Source: Candidatus Latescibacterota bacterium (GTDB lineage Bacteria > Latescibacterota > UBA2968 > UBA8231). Taken from it: a DNA stretch of 64,000 nt. The notes beneath the pieces are model-generated. The model worked only from the letters and a program-made list of their open reading frames with translations. It did not search any database and was not told where the DNA came from. The translations under genes and the position numbers were made by a program. Positions 1 to 9,143 of the stretch are shown here, in pieces (the stretch's first letter is position 1; each line of letters opens with the position of its first letter). The stretch covers positions 1,280,001 to 1,344,000 of the forward strand of contig CBDCSU010000006.1 in NCBI GenBank assembly GCA_965221775.1, in the 5' to 3' direction.

Positions 1-18
1 TCGTGGAGATGGAACATC

Positions 19-939
19 ATGCGTATCGGTATTTCCTGCCTGCTGGTCTTTCTCGCCGCCCGTGTCTTCGCCCACGCCGGCGACGAGATCTACCCCTTCC
101 TCGAGCTGCTCGACGAGGACCTGGACCGCATCGACCTGACCGACGGCAGCGTCGAGGACTGGTACGAGGTCCTCGGCGAGCCCTCGCTGGTGGCCAGCGA
201 CTTCTATTGGCTGAACTATCACTACGATCCCTCGGAATTGGACTTCCGCATCTGGCTCGCGTGGCACCAGGACAGCAATACCATCTGGATCGCCATGGAG
301 CGCTTCGACGACCTCTACTTCAACCGCTACGACGGGGGCGGACTCAGCTGGATGTGGCTTTGGGATTCCAGCATCGCCTTCCTGGTCGACGGCGGCCACA
401 CCGCCGGGATGTACGGCGAGTGGGTCGGGGCCGAGCGCGACTGCGAGACATGCACGCCCGAGCGGGTTCTTTCCCACAACCGTCAGGCGCAGCGGTGGAT
501 GGCGATTGCCGAGGCACCCGATGGCGAGATCCTGGACTACGACGGCTTCAGCGAGTGGGTGGTCCGGGAACCGTACGCCCTCGCGGGCAGCGGCGTCATC
601 GGCCGGAGCCCGGCGACCACGGTCGCCGAGTTCAAGGTGACGCCCTTCGACGATCTCATCTGGGACGACGAGGATGCCTCCGAGGTCTCGCAACTCCGCC
701 GTGGCAAGATCATCGGGTTCACCATGACCACGAACGACAACGACGCCACGGAGTACCCGGACGGATTGGGGCCGGCGATCCAGCTCTCCCTCGGCCCCGA
801 GGTGTCGCGCCTGAGGTACAACGCCTCTCTCTTCGTCGACGGCCTGTTGGTCGGCGCCGGAGAAGACCCCTCCAGTTACGACGACGTTTCCGCCGTGGAG
901 CCGTCCTCCTGGGCGCGCATCAAGGCCGCCCTCAAGTAG
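19..939 (+). CDS. Secreted protein, possible CBM9/DOMON-like sugar-binding fold, with C-terminal 'AVEPSSWARIK' motif
   Basis: 306 aa ORF; hydrophobic signal peptide ending VFA-HA; acidic body; GGAG upstream; C-terminal SAVEPSSWARIKAALK. Confidence 0.7.
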   Translation: MRIGISCLLVFLAARVFAHAGDEIYPFLELLDEDLDRIDLTDGSVEDWYEVLGEPSLVASDFYWLNYHYDPSELDFRIWLAWHQDSNTIWIAMERFDDLYFNRYDGGGLSWMWLWDSSIAFLVDGGHTAGMYGEWVGAERDCETCTPERVLSHNRQAQRWMAIAEAPDGEILDYDGFSEWVVREPYALAGSGVIGRSPATTVAEFKVTPFDDLIWDDEDASEVSQLRRGKIIGFTMTTNDNDATEYPDGLGPAIQLSLGPEVSRLRYNASLFVDGLLVGAGEDPSSYDDVSAVEPSSWARIKAALK

Positions 940-1029
940 CCAGGTTCAAGGGTTCACAACAACCCGGCGGCTGTCGCCCGCTCCCCCGCTCGTTAGCTTT
1001 GTCAACCCCTTGCAGACAGGAGGCAACCT

Positions 1030-1989
1030 ATGTACGCGGGAGTGCAGGGCATCGGCACGAGCCGTCACGAGTTGCAGTTCCTCGTGCGCCACGGCGTCAC
1101 CCACATGGACGCCAGCGTCGAGGACAACGAGGTCGACACGCTGACGCGCCACCGCGAGGAGGCGGCGGCCGAGGGCGTGGAGCTGGAGATGATCCACATC
1201 GGCCTGCCCCGAAGCATAACCCTGGCGCGGGACCCGGAGCGGGACCGCGACCTCGACGAGGTCTGCCGCTGGATCGAGAACGCGGGGCGCGCCGGACTGC
1301 GCGGGCTCAACTACAACTTCTGCGTCCTCAACCACCAGCGGACGCCGTCCACCCCCGGCCGGGGCGGGACCTCGTACAGCACCTTCCGGCTGTCGGAGTT
1401 CGACAACGACAGCCTCTCCGAGGCCGGCGAGGTGAGTCGCGACGAGTGCTTCGAGCGGGCCCGGTACTTCCTCGAGCGGGTCATCCCGGTGGCCGAGGAG
1501 TACCGGGTGCAGATGGCCTGCCACCTCGACGACCCGCCGGCGCCGGTGCTGCGCGGCGTCGAGCGCTGGAACTGGCCGGTCATGGAGGGCCTGACGCGCT
1601 TCAGCGAGCTGGTGGAGAGCGACTACCACGGCTTCAACTTCTGCTGCGGCGTCGCCTCCGAGGGGCTGGAGGACCCGGGCCGGGAGCTGTACGACATCGT
1701 GCGCCGCTTCGGCCAGCTCAGGAAGCTGTTCAACATCCACTTCCGCAACATCAAGGGAGGCCTGCACGACTTCCAGGAGGTCTGGCCAGACGAGGGCGAT
1801 GTCGACATGCACGAGGTGGCCCGGGTGCTGCACGAGGTCGGCTACCCGTACATGCTGATGCCGGATCACGCCCCCGGTCATCCGGACGACCCGGCCCCGC
1901 CGGGCGTCTCCGGGCGGGTGCGCCAGGCCTGGGCCTTCCAGTTCGGCTACATCACCGCCATGGTGCAGGCGGTCTCGAAGGAGAGCTGA
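1030..1989 (+). CDS. uxuA: Mannonate dehydratase (UxuA-like) family protein
   Basis: Motifs CHLDDPP, NIHFRNI, LMPDHAP, AFQFGYI; GGAGG RBS upstream. Confidence 0.8.
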   Translation: MYAGVQGIGTSRHELQFLVRHGVTHMDASVEDNEVDTLTRHREEAAAEGVELEMIHIGLPRSITLARDPERDRDLDEVCRWIENAGRAGLRGLNYNFCVLNHQRTPSTPGRGGTSYSTFRLSEFDNDSLSEAGEVSRDECFERARYFLERVIPVAEEYRVQMACHLDDPPAPVLRGVERWNWPVMEGLTRFSELVESDYHGFNFCCGVASEGLEDPGRELYDIVRRFGQLRKLFNIHFRNIKGGLHDFQEVWPDEGDVDMHEVARVLHEVGYPYMLMPDHAPGHPDDPAPPGVSGRVRQAWAFQFGYITAMVQAVSKES

Positions 1990-2010
1990 CGGCGGCGGAC
2001 CCGAGCCGCG

Positions 2011-3840
2011 TCACCTCGAGGCCGGCCCGAGGCGGAACAGGCGGCCGTCTCCGGCGCCTAGGGTGAGGGTCAGCTCGCCCGTCGCCGCCGCATGGCCGGC
2101 GACCGGTTGCGGCCGGCCGGTCTGCTTGGAGATCTCCCGCAGGTCGTGTGCCGGCTCCCGGAACCTCACCACGAACGTCGCCGGATCGATGAAGTCCCGG
2201 TTCACCACCATCAGGTAGTCCAGACCATCGGCGGCGGACCTGAACTCGCCCACCAGCCCCATTCCCCCGCTGATGGACGCCACGAGCCGCGACTCCCCGA
2301 GGGGGCGGGTCAGCGGCGGCACCGGCTTCGTGTGGTACACGCCCGTCGACTCGAGCCGCAGCAGCGCCGGCGCCAGGGACAGGACCTCGCCGTTGAGGTA
2401 CTTCAACATCGAGTAGTGCCGGGTCCGCGTGCCGTCGCGGTTGATGACCATGTCCTCCCAGTTGGTCCAGTGGCCGTAGGGGATCTCCGTCAGGTAGGTG
2501 AACCAGCCCAGCGAGCGGGCCCCGTACGCGAGGGTGGTGAAAGCCTGAAAGCGCAACTCCCCTTCGCTGGCCCCGCGCACCGGCCCGAAGGACCCCACGG
2601 AGACGATCACCCCGAACTCCACGTCCGCCTCGAGAGCACGGCGGCGCACGATCTCCAGGTTGGGGAAGTAGTCCCCTTCGCGGTTGGGGCTGTACCAGCT
2701 GTCGGCGTGCAGGCGCGGGTCCCGGCCGACCATGCAGTAGTGGTCATAGGTGAACAGCGACGGCTTCACCATCTCCAGGAAGGTCCGGACGTGGTGGTCG
2801 TACTCCTCCGGATCGCCGTGGAAGTCGTCGGCGTACGTGGGGAACAGGACCACCCAGTATCCCTTGGAGGGCGCCAGCCGCCGGACCCGTTCCTGTTCCC
2901 GGGCGAGGCGCGGGAACTCCTTCTCCCCGGGCTCGCTGGCCCCGCCCAGCCACCACACCCGCGGATCGCTCTCCGCCGCGGCCATCCTGGCGTCGTCGAG
3001 CTCGCCGAGGGGGCGGTACTTCACCCCGAAACCGGCGTATTCATCCAGCTCCAGATTGATGTTGAAGTTCGCCACGGCGTACTCGGCATGGTACTGGTCC
3101 GTGTCCATGCCCTCGTACTGGTCCGCGGGGCTGCCCGGGGTCAGCCAGCCGTAGATGGGGAAGAAGTCCTCGTCGGCCACCTCGACGATGGAGAACTCCT
3201 CCTCGTAGTCCCGGATCGTGCCCGGCCGCAGCGAGAAGTCGTCCAGACGCAGCCGACCGCCCACCCACCGCCGGGCGACGACGACCTGCAGGGCCCGCGC
3301 GCCCTCGGGCGGACGCACCTGCTGGAAGAACTCGATCCAGCGGTCCTGGGTCTCCGGCAGCACGATCTCGAAGGAACCGACCTTCTCCTCTCCGTCGTCC
3401 AGCCAGTCGCCGCTGAGGGAGACCCCGTCGGCGTCGATCCAGCGTTCGTTCGTGGTGACGCCCCGGCTCGTGGACGCGTAGTAGCCTTTGAAGAGGTAGT
3501 CCCGGTCCGCGGCGACGGGGAAGACCGGGCTGCGCAGGGTGGTCACCGACATCGGCGTCCCGGGCTGGATCTCCAGGCAGGTGCCGGTGCCGTCGCGGCC
3601 GGGCGCCAGCCTGCCGATGCGCACCTGGGTCAGCGGCTGGTTCCAGGATTCGACACTCCAGCCCGCGGGCAGGTCGCCGCTGAACTCGTCGAATCCGGGA
3701 TTCGGGAAGTGGTTCTCCGCCCCCTGGGCCGCGGTGCCGCCGCCGGAGACCAGGATGGCCGCCAGGCCCGCGGCCCCGGGCAGCGATCTCACGCTGATTC
3801 TCCGGGCGGCCGCCAGCAGCTCCCACAAGGGCGACTTCAT
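2011..3840 (-). CDS. Secreted putative glycoside-hydrolase-like protein (N-terminal CBM-like domain + TIM-barrel-like domain)
   Basis: 3' part of ORF 2011..5112; start ATG 3840 or GTG 3792; signal-like segment, NHFPNPGFDE (CBM4/9-like), FTYDHY and LAYGARSLGWFTY motifs. Confidence 0.6.
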   Translation of the reverse strand: MKSPLWELLAAARRISVRSLPGAAGLAAILVSGGGTAAQGAENHFPNPGFDEFSGDLPAGWSVESWNQPLTQVRIGRLAPGRDGTGTCLEIQPGTPMSVTTLRSPVFPVAADRDYLFKGYYASTSRGVTTNERWIDADGVSLSGDWLDDGEEKVGSFEIVLPETQDRWIEFFQQVRPPEGARALQVVVARRWVGGRLRLDDFSLRPGTIRDYEEEFSIVEVADEDFFPIYGWLTPGSPADQYEGMDTDQYHAEYAVANFNINLELDEYAGFGVKYRPLGELDDARMAAAESDPRVWWLGGASEPGEKEFPRLAREQERVRRLAPSKGYWVVLFPTYADDFHGDPEEYDHHVRTFLEMVKPSLFTYDHYCMVGRDPRLHADSWYSPNREGDYFPNLEIVRRRALEADVEFGVIVSVGSFGPVRGASEGELRFQAFTTLAYGARSLGWFTYLTEIPYGHWTNWEDMVINRDGTRTRHYSMLKYLNGEVLSLAPALLRLESTGVYHTKPVPPLTRPLGESRLVASISGGMGLVGEFRSAADGLDYLMVVNRDFIDPATFVVRFREPAHDLREISKQTGRPQPVAGHAAATGELTLTLGAGDGRLFRLGPASR

Positions 3841-3887
3841 TCGGATTCTCCGGGCAGCCGCCAGCGGCTCCACAGGAAGGCGCACTT
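3796..3887. repeat. Imperfect tandem duplication, 48-bp period, at a gene junction
   Basis: gattctccgggcggccgccagcagctcccacaagggcgactt (3796-3837) vs gattctccgggcagccgccagcggctccacaggaaggcgcactt (3844-3887). Confidence 0.8.
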
Positions 3888-4982
3888 GTCCCGCGGCGTT
3901 GCCGGCTTCTGGTAGTAGGCGGTGAAGATGCTGCCGTCGTCGAGCTCGACGCTGGAGGGGTAGCCCAGGTCGCTGTCGGGTCCGTCGTCGCGCAGGATGT
4001 AGTCGTACTCCCAGGTGGCGCCGCCGTCGCGGCTGATCATGACGCGCTCGCCGAAGGGCTCGCGGCGGCGTCCGTAGGCGCAGACGAGAGCGCCGCTCGA
4101 GTGCACCATCAGGTGCGGCGGACAGCCGTGGAAGTCCATCGGCTCGGCGCGCGTCCAGGTGCGGCCGCCGTCGCTCGACTCCGTGTACATGTGCATGAAG
4201 TCCTGCAGGCCCAGGTCCTCCGGGTCGACGCCGCCGCCGCGCTCGAAGCGGATCAAGCCAACCAGCTTGCCGTCGGGCAGCTCGGCCACGTGGGCCTCGT
4301 GGTAGTTGTTCTCGGTGGAGCCCTCGAAGAGGGGCACCGTCCCCAGGGGCTGCCAGGTGCGGCCGCCGTCGTCGCTGCGGGTGGCCACGATGGCGCCCAC
4401 GCCGCCCTTGAAGCCGGCCATGTCGGTCTCGAAGAGCTTGCCCAGGAAGAGCAGCCCGCCGGCGCGCAGCCGGGTCGGCCCGTGGGGCGTGGTCTGCGGC
4501 ACCTTGATCGGCCCGGACCAGGTCTCGCCGGCGTCGTCGCTGATGCGGCACCAGGCGCCCACCCAGCGGGCGGCGTTGTCGTCGTCGATGCGGGCGATCC
4601 CCTCCTGCCAGCGGGCCCGGGTGGCGGCGTCGATCCCCTGCATCCGTTTCTCCGCCGAGGCCCGCAGGTCGGTGGTGAACCAGGTCAGCAGCAGACGCTC
4701 GCCGCCGCAGCTCACCAGGCCGGTGTCGCGGTCGTCGAGGGGGGAGTCGTTCACCACCCGGGGGCTCGTCCAGCTCCGCCCCTCGTCGGTGCTGCGCATG
4801 AACACGCTGCGCCCGAAGGGGCAGACGTGGTGGTTGCGCAGCCCCGAGGCGGCGGCCACCAGGGTGCCGTCGGGCATGCGGGCCACCGTGGGCCAGCCGA
4901 AGTAGCCGTAGAAGTCGTCGGGGTAGCTGGCGATGACGCCGTGCTCGGCGGGAATGACGGAGTCTCTGCGGATGAGGTTCAT
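3837..4982 (-). CDS. Sialidase/BNR (Asp-box) family glycosidase
   Basis: Repeated Asp-boxes STDEGRSW, SDDAGETW, SDDGGRTW, SSDGGRTW, SRDGGATW; DLGYPSSV near C-terminus; ATG overlaps upstream stop. Confidence 0.85.
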   Translation of the reverse strand: MNLIRRDSVIPAEHGVIASYPDDFYGYFGWPTVARMPDGTLVAAASGLRNHHVCPFGRSVFMRSTDEGRSWTSPRVVNDSPLDDRDTGLVSCGGERLLLTWFTTDLRASAEKRMQGIDAATRARWQEGIARIDDDNAARWVGAWCRISDDAGETWSGPIKVPQTTPHGPTRLRAGGLLFLGKLFETDMAGFKGGVGAIVATRSDDGGRTWQPLGTVPLFEGSTENNYHEAHVAELPDGKLVGLIRFERGGGVDPEDLGLQDFMHMYTESSDGGRTWTRAEPMDFHGCPPHLMVHSSGALVCAYGRRREPFGERVMISRDGGATWEYDYILRDDGPDSDLGYPSSVELDDGSIFTAYYQKPATPRDKCAFLWSRWRLPGESE

Positions 4983-5926
4983 GTGAGGCCCTCCAGGCGG
5001 TAGACGCGCGCGGCGGTGTCGTGGAAGAGGCAGGCCCGGTCGGCCGGCGGCAGGTCCGCCGTCCAGTCGAGGAAGCGGCCGTAGAGGGTGGGGACGTCGA
5101 TGCCCTGCACACCGTCCACCGGGTAGTTGCTGGCGAACATGCAGCGGCCGGCGCCGAAAATGTGGATCGCCTGACGCACCAGGTCCCTCGCCTTGGCCTC
5201 CTGCGCAGGATCCCGGTGGTAGTCGGGCGCGCAGAAGAACACCATGGAGAGCTTCATGCTCGCGTGGGGAAGAGCGGCCATCGCCTTCAGGCCCTCCTGC
5301 CACAGGTCCATGTAGCCGGGATCCCCGCTGTCGTGGAAGGAGGCGAGATGACCGACGATGACCGGCGTCTCCGGGAAGTCGCCGAAAGTCGCCGCCGCGT
5401 CGGCGAGCTGATGGGGGTTGCACTGCAGGTCGAAGGAGAGGCCGCGCTCGCCGAGGAGGGCGAGGCTCTCGCGGAAGACGGGGTCGCCCAGGAAGTCGCC
5501 GCGCTCCACCTGCGGCCAAGTGAGGGCGGGGTTGTCCGGATGGTGGTTGAGGATCATGCGCACGCCGCGGAAGCGCTCCCCCGCCTCGGCGAGATGACGG
5601 TCCAGGATCTGCCCGGTGTGGCGGACATCCCGCGCCAGGTGCGCGTAGGGGACGATGGCGAAGGGGTGTCCCGTGGGCGCCATCTGATCGCGGACGAAGC
5701 GGGTCTCGGCGACCTCGTCGAGGGGGAACCCGCCCTCCATCTGGCCGACTACCGTCTCCACGTGGACGGAGGCCTCCAGCTCCAGGGGCGCCGGCAGTTG
5801 GCCCATGTCGCGCAGGTAGTCCCCGGCGTGGTAGACGGGCAGGTCCCGCTCCACGTCGGGGCCCAGGTTCGGGTTGGGCCGGACGCCCAGGTCCCACAGG
5901 TGGAAATGGGGGTCGATGATCCGCAT
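4979..5926 (-). CDS. Amidohydrolase-2 family protein (L-fuconolactonase-like)
   Basis: IIDPHFHLW, RFRGVR, SFDLQ, RCMFASNYPVD motifs. Confidence 0.85.
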   Translation of the reverse strand: MRIIDPHFHLWDLGVRPNPNLGPDVERDLPVYHAGDYLRDMGQLPAPLELEASVHVETVVGQMEGGFPLDEVAETRFVRDQMAPTGHPFAIVPYAHLARDVRHTGQILDRHLAEAGERFRGVRMILNHHPDNPALTWPQVERGDFLGDPVFRESLALLGERGLSFDLQCNPHQLADAAATFGDFPETPVIVGHLASFHDSGDPGYMDLWQEGLKAMAALPHASMKLSMVFFCAPDYHRDPAQEAKARDLVRQAIHIFGAGRCMFASNYPVDGVQGIDVPTLYGRFLDWTADLPPADRACLFHDTAARVYRLEGLT

Positions 5927-6114
5927 GGCACTCCTTCGGGAGGTGGTGTGCGCGCCTCAGGGGCGGGGAAAGAAGGCGGACTCGCGGGCGCGGGACAACT
6001 GCCGGCAAGGCCGGTTGCCCGGCCGGGAAGACCCCCATAACCTACCTCATCCGCGCTGGCGCCGGGCGCCGGCGGGTGGACTCACCGAGACAATCGCGAG
6101 AGGAGAAACGCTGA

Positions 6115-6465
6115 ATGGATTCGCTTCCACTCTATGCTCTCTTGTGGGGGTTGCCCGCCCTCCTGGTCCTGCTCGTCCCATGGGTGGTGCGCAAGCTGCG
6201 CGGAACCCCGCCCGAACCCCGGATGACGGATGCCAACTTCCTGGTGAAGATGCGCCTCCACAACTACATGAAGGAAAGCCAGTACGTGCTCCCCGCCCTG
6301 CTGTTTGCGGCGATGGTCTACCTCCTGTCTGGGTACCAGGACGGCGGTTGGAACAAGTTCCTGAGCGGCACCTTTCTGGGACTGGCGGTGGCCCACGCTG
6401 GCCGCTACTTAACCTGCCGCCAGCTCGGCAAACTGCTGAAGAAGGAAGAGGAGCTCGCCGCGTGA
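6115..6465 (+). CDS. Small membrane protein (about 3 TM segments)
   Basis: 116 aa, hydrophobic stretches, GAGGAG RBS, stop overlaps next GTG. Confidence 0.65.
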   Translation: MDSLPLYALLWGLPALLVLLVPWVVRKLRGTPPEPRMTDANFLVKMRLHNYMKESQYVLPALLFAAMVYLLSGYQDGGWNKFLSGTFLGLAVAHAGRYLTCRQLGKLLKKEEELAA

Positions 6466-7703
6466 CCACACCCACCGACTTCACCATCGCCGCCGTCGAG
6501 CGCATCCGCGTCGACGTCCCCTTCCACGAGCGCTGCGCCGACCGCATGACGGTGCGCGGCAACGGCTGGTCCGTCGTCGACATCTACCGGGTCGAGCTGG
6601 CCTGCGGCGCCGTCGGCGTGGGCGAGACGATCGTCGGCTACACCTGGGGCGCCTCGGCCGAGGCGCGGGTGCAGGCGAGCCGGGGCCGCAGCGTCTTCGA
6701 CCTGCTCTGGGACGACAGCCTCGGCGCCGGCCTGCAGATGGCCTGCTTCGACGCCGCCGGCAAGGCCGCCGGGGTGCCCTGCCACCGCCTGATGGGCCCG
6801 AAGTACCGCGACGCCTGCCCGGTCTCGTGGTGGTCGCAGGACGCGAAGCCGGAGGAGTGGGTGGCCGAGGCGCAAGCGGCCGAGGCCAGCGGCTTCACCA
6901 CCATGAAGGTGAAGGCCCGTCCCTGGCACGACCTCGACGAGCAGCTCGCCGCGGTGGCGGCGGCGGTCTCCCCCCATTTCAAGCTCGACGCCGACTTCAA
7001 CGAGATGCTCCTCGGGGTGGACGTGGCGGCGCCCGTCATCTCCCGGCTCGAGGCGAAGTACCCCATGCTGGCCATGGTCGAGAGCCCCATCCCGCAGAAG
7101 GATGTGGCCGGCAACGCCGCCCTGCGCCGGCAGATCCGCAGCCCCATCGCCATGCACTTCGGCAATCCCCCGCCCATGACGGCGATCCGCGAAGGGGTGT
7201 GCGACGGCTTCGTCATCGGCGGCGGGGCGAGCCAGGTAATGAACCAAGGCACCCTGGCGGCGCACGCCGCCATGCCCTTCTGGCTGCAGATGGTGGGCAC
7301 CGGGCTGACGACCACGTTCTCCGTGCATCTGGGGGCGGTGCTGGCCCAGGCCCGCTGGCCGGCGATCCCCTGCATCAACATCTACTCCCACACCCTGCTG
7401 ACGGAGTTCGCCGTCGAGGGCGGGCACGTGGCCGTGCCCGAGGGACCCGGCCTGGGGGTGGAGGTGGACTGGGACGTTGTCGAGGGATTCCGCGTCGACC
7501 CGGATTACGTCAAGCCCGACCCGCGCCAGATCCACACCATCCACTGGCCGGACGGGCGCCATACCAACTACCCGGGCGGCGGCTACCGCACCGACTTCAC
7601 CGCCGGGCGGCTGCCCCCGTTCCTGCCAGGGATCTCCCTCGACTACCGCCTCGACGACGGCTCCGAGGCGTTCGACGGGGAGTACCGCGATCTGTTCGGG
7701 TGA
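6462..7703 (+). CDS. Mandelate racemase/muconate lactonizing enzyme (enolase superfamily) protein
   Basis: GTG start overlapping upstream TGA; KVKARPW, DADFN, ESPI, PEGPGLGVEVDW motifs. Confidence 0.85.
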   Translation: MTTPTDFTIAAVERIRVDVPFHERCADRMTVRGNGWSVVDIYRVELACGAVGVGETIVGYTWGASAEARVQASRGRSVFDLLWDDSLGAGLQMACFDAAGKAAGVPCHRLMGPKYRDACPVSWWSQDAKPEEWVAEAQAAEASGFTTMKVKARPWHDLDEQLAAVAAAVSPHFKLDADFNEMLLGVDVAAPVISRLEAKYPMLAMVESPIPQKDVAGNAALRRQIRSPIAMHFGNPPPMTAIREGVCDGFVIGGGASQVMNQGTLAAHAAMPFWLQMVGTGLTTTFSVHLGAVLAQARWPAIPCINIYSHTLLTEFAVEGGHVAVPEGPGLGVEVDWDVVEGFRVDPDYVKPDPRQIHTIHWPDGRHTNYPGGGYRTDFTAGRLPPFLPGISLDYRLDDGSEAFDGEYRDLFG

Positions 7704-7713
7704 GCCGGGCGAC

Positions 7714-8253
7714 TCACTTCACCAGGCGGGCGATCTCCCGGAACCCGGGGTTCCCGGCCTCGCGCAGCAGCTCGAAGAGGGCCGTCTCCACCGAGGTGAT
7801 CCCGGCGCCGGCGGCCCGGGCCTTCTCCAGGCCCACGCGCTTGTTCTGAGCCGTTCGCGAGGAGACGGCATCCTCCACCACTTCCACCTCGTAGCCGCGG
7901 CCGCGGAGATCGCGGACGGTCTGGTAGACGCAGATGTGGGTCTCGATGCCGGAGACCAGGACCTGCCGCCGGCCGCTCTCCTCGAGGAGACGCGCGAAGT
8001 CGGGCTGGCCCCAGGCGCTGAAGCAGGTCTTGGCCAGCGGCTCCCGGTCGCTCAGCAGCTCGGCGACCTCGGGGATCGTCGGCCCCAGGCCCTCGGGATA
8101 CTGCTCCAGCCACAGCACCGGCAACTCCAGGATGCGGGCCCCCCGCACCAGGATCTGCAGGTTCCGGTAGAGGCTTTCCCGGTCGTGCATCAGGGTCGCG
8201 AGCTTGCCCTGCACGTCGATGACGGCCAGCGCCGTGTCGGAAGCGTTCAGCAT
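7714..8253 (-). CDS. Isochorismatase-family hydrolase
   Basis: IDVQGKL, EQYPEGLGPT, KTCFSA, GIETHICVYQT. Confidence 0.9.
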   Translation of the reverse strand: MLNASDTALAVIDVQGKLATLMHDRESLYRNLQILVRGARILELPVLWLEQYPEGLGPTIPEVAELLSDREPLAKTCFSAWGQPDFARLLEESGRRQVLVSGIETHICVYQTVRDLRGRGYEVEVVEDAVSSRTAQNKRVGLEKARAAGAGITSVETALFELLREAGNPGFREIARLVK

Positions 8254-8273
8254 GGCTCAGCGGAGTTGAAAGA

Positions 8274-9143
8274 ATGAGCGAGTTGCCGCGCCGCAGGATG
8301 GGCCGCACCGGCATGCGGCCCCGGGCCCTCGGCATGGGCGCCGCCTTCGTCAGCCACGTGGCCGAGGCGGAGACGATCGCCACCATCGAGCGCGCCCTCG
8401 ATCTGGGGATAGACTACTTCGACAGCTACGCCGGCCGCAACGAGGGCCGCTGGGGCCGGGCGCTGGCCGGCGTCGAGCGGTCGAGCTACTACATGCAGGC
8501 CAAGGTCGGCCCCCACTACGAGCGGCCCAAGGACTTCTCGGCCGAGGCGACGCGCTGGAGCGTCGAGCAAAGCCTGCGGGCGCTCCGGGTCGACTATCTC
8601 GATGCCGTCCTCGTCCACGACCCGGCCGACATCGCCGACCCGCTGGGCCCCGGCCGCGCCTTCGACGAGCTGCAGCGGATGAAGGAGGAGGGGCTGGTGC
8701 GCCACATCGGCCTGGGGGTCCGCCAGCACGACTTCCACCGCGCCGCCATCGAGGCGGGACACGCCGAGATCGTCCTCACCTTTCTCGACTACACATTGCT
8801 GGATCAGTCGATCGTCGACACCACCATGGCCCTGGCCAGGGAACACGGCACCGGCCTCATCCTGGCCAGCGTCTTCGGCATGGGCCGCCTCACCGGCGTC
8901 GAGCCCGACCCGGCCGCCGAGCCGCGGGCCCACGCCATGTGGGAGTGGTGCCGCGAGCGGGGCGTGGACATCAAGCACCTGGCCATGCAGTTCTGTCTCG
9001 ACGCGCCCGTCGACGGCATCGTCATGAGCGGCCCCGCCGACCGCCACCAGCTCCAGGACGCGTACGACGCGGCGGTCCAAGAGGTGCCGCCCGGGGTCTG
9101 GTCCGCCTTCGAGGAACGGTTCGGCGTCGGAGTCTCGGGATGA
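8274..9143 (+). CDS. Aldo/keto reductase
   Basis: LGIDYFDSY, SLRALRVDYLDAVLVHDP, KEEGLVRHIGLG. Confidence 0.9.
   Translation: MSELPRRRMGRTGMRPRALGMGAAFVSHVAEAETIATIERALDLGIDYFDSYAGRNEGRWGRALAGVERSSYYMQAKVGPHYERPKDFSAEATRWSVEQSLRALRVDYLDAVLVHDPADIADPLGPGRAFDELQRMKEEGLVRHIGLGVRQHDFHRAAIEAGHAEIVLTFLDYTLLDQSIVDTTMALAREHGTGLILASVFGMGRLTGVEPDPAAEPRAHAMWEWCRERGVDIKHLAMQFCLDAPVDGIVMSGPADRHQLQDAYDAAVQEVPPGVWSAFEERFGVGVSG

Noticed and set aside
3-2066. Long 687-aa + ORF, and many similar Arg/Pro/Gly-rich long ORFs across the window (e.g. 8804..11299, 36916..39342, 58667..61462, 61518..63401)
   Set aside because: Shadow frames of real genes in high-GC DNA; low-complexity translations with no motifs.
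2011-5112. 1033-aa ORF as a single gene
   Set aside because: Upstream part overlaps the sialidase in another frame; the real gene starts at 3840 or 3792. Likewise 3837..6038, 42788..45589, 45349..47007, 46785..49364, 52232..54385 and 55207..56838 are over-extended.
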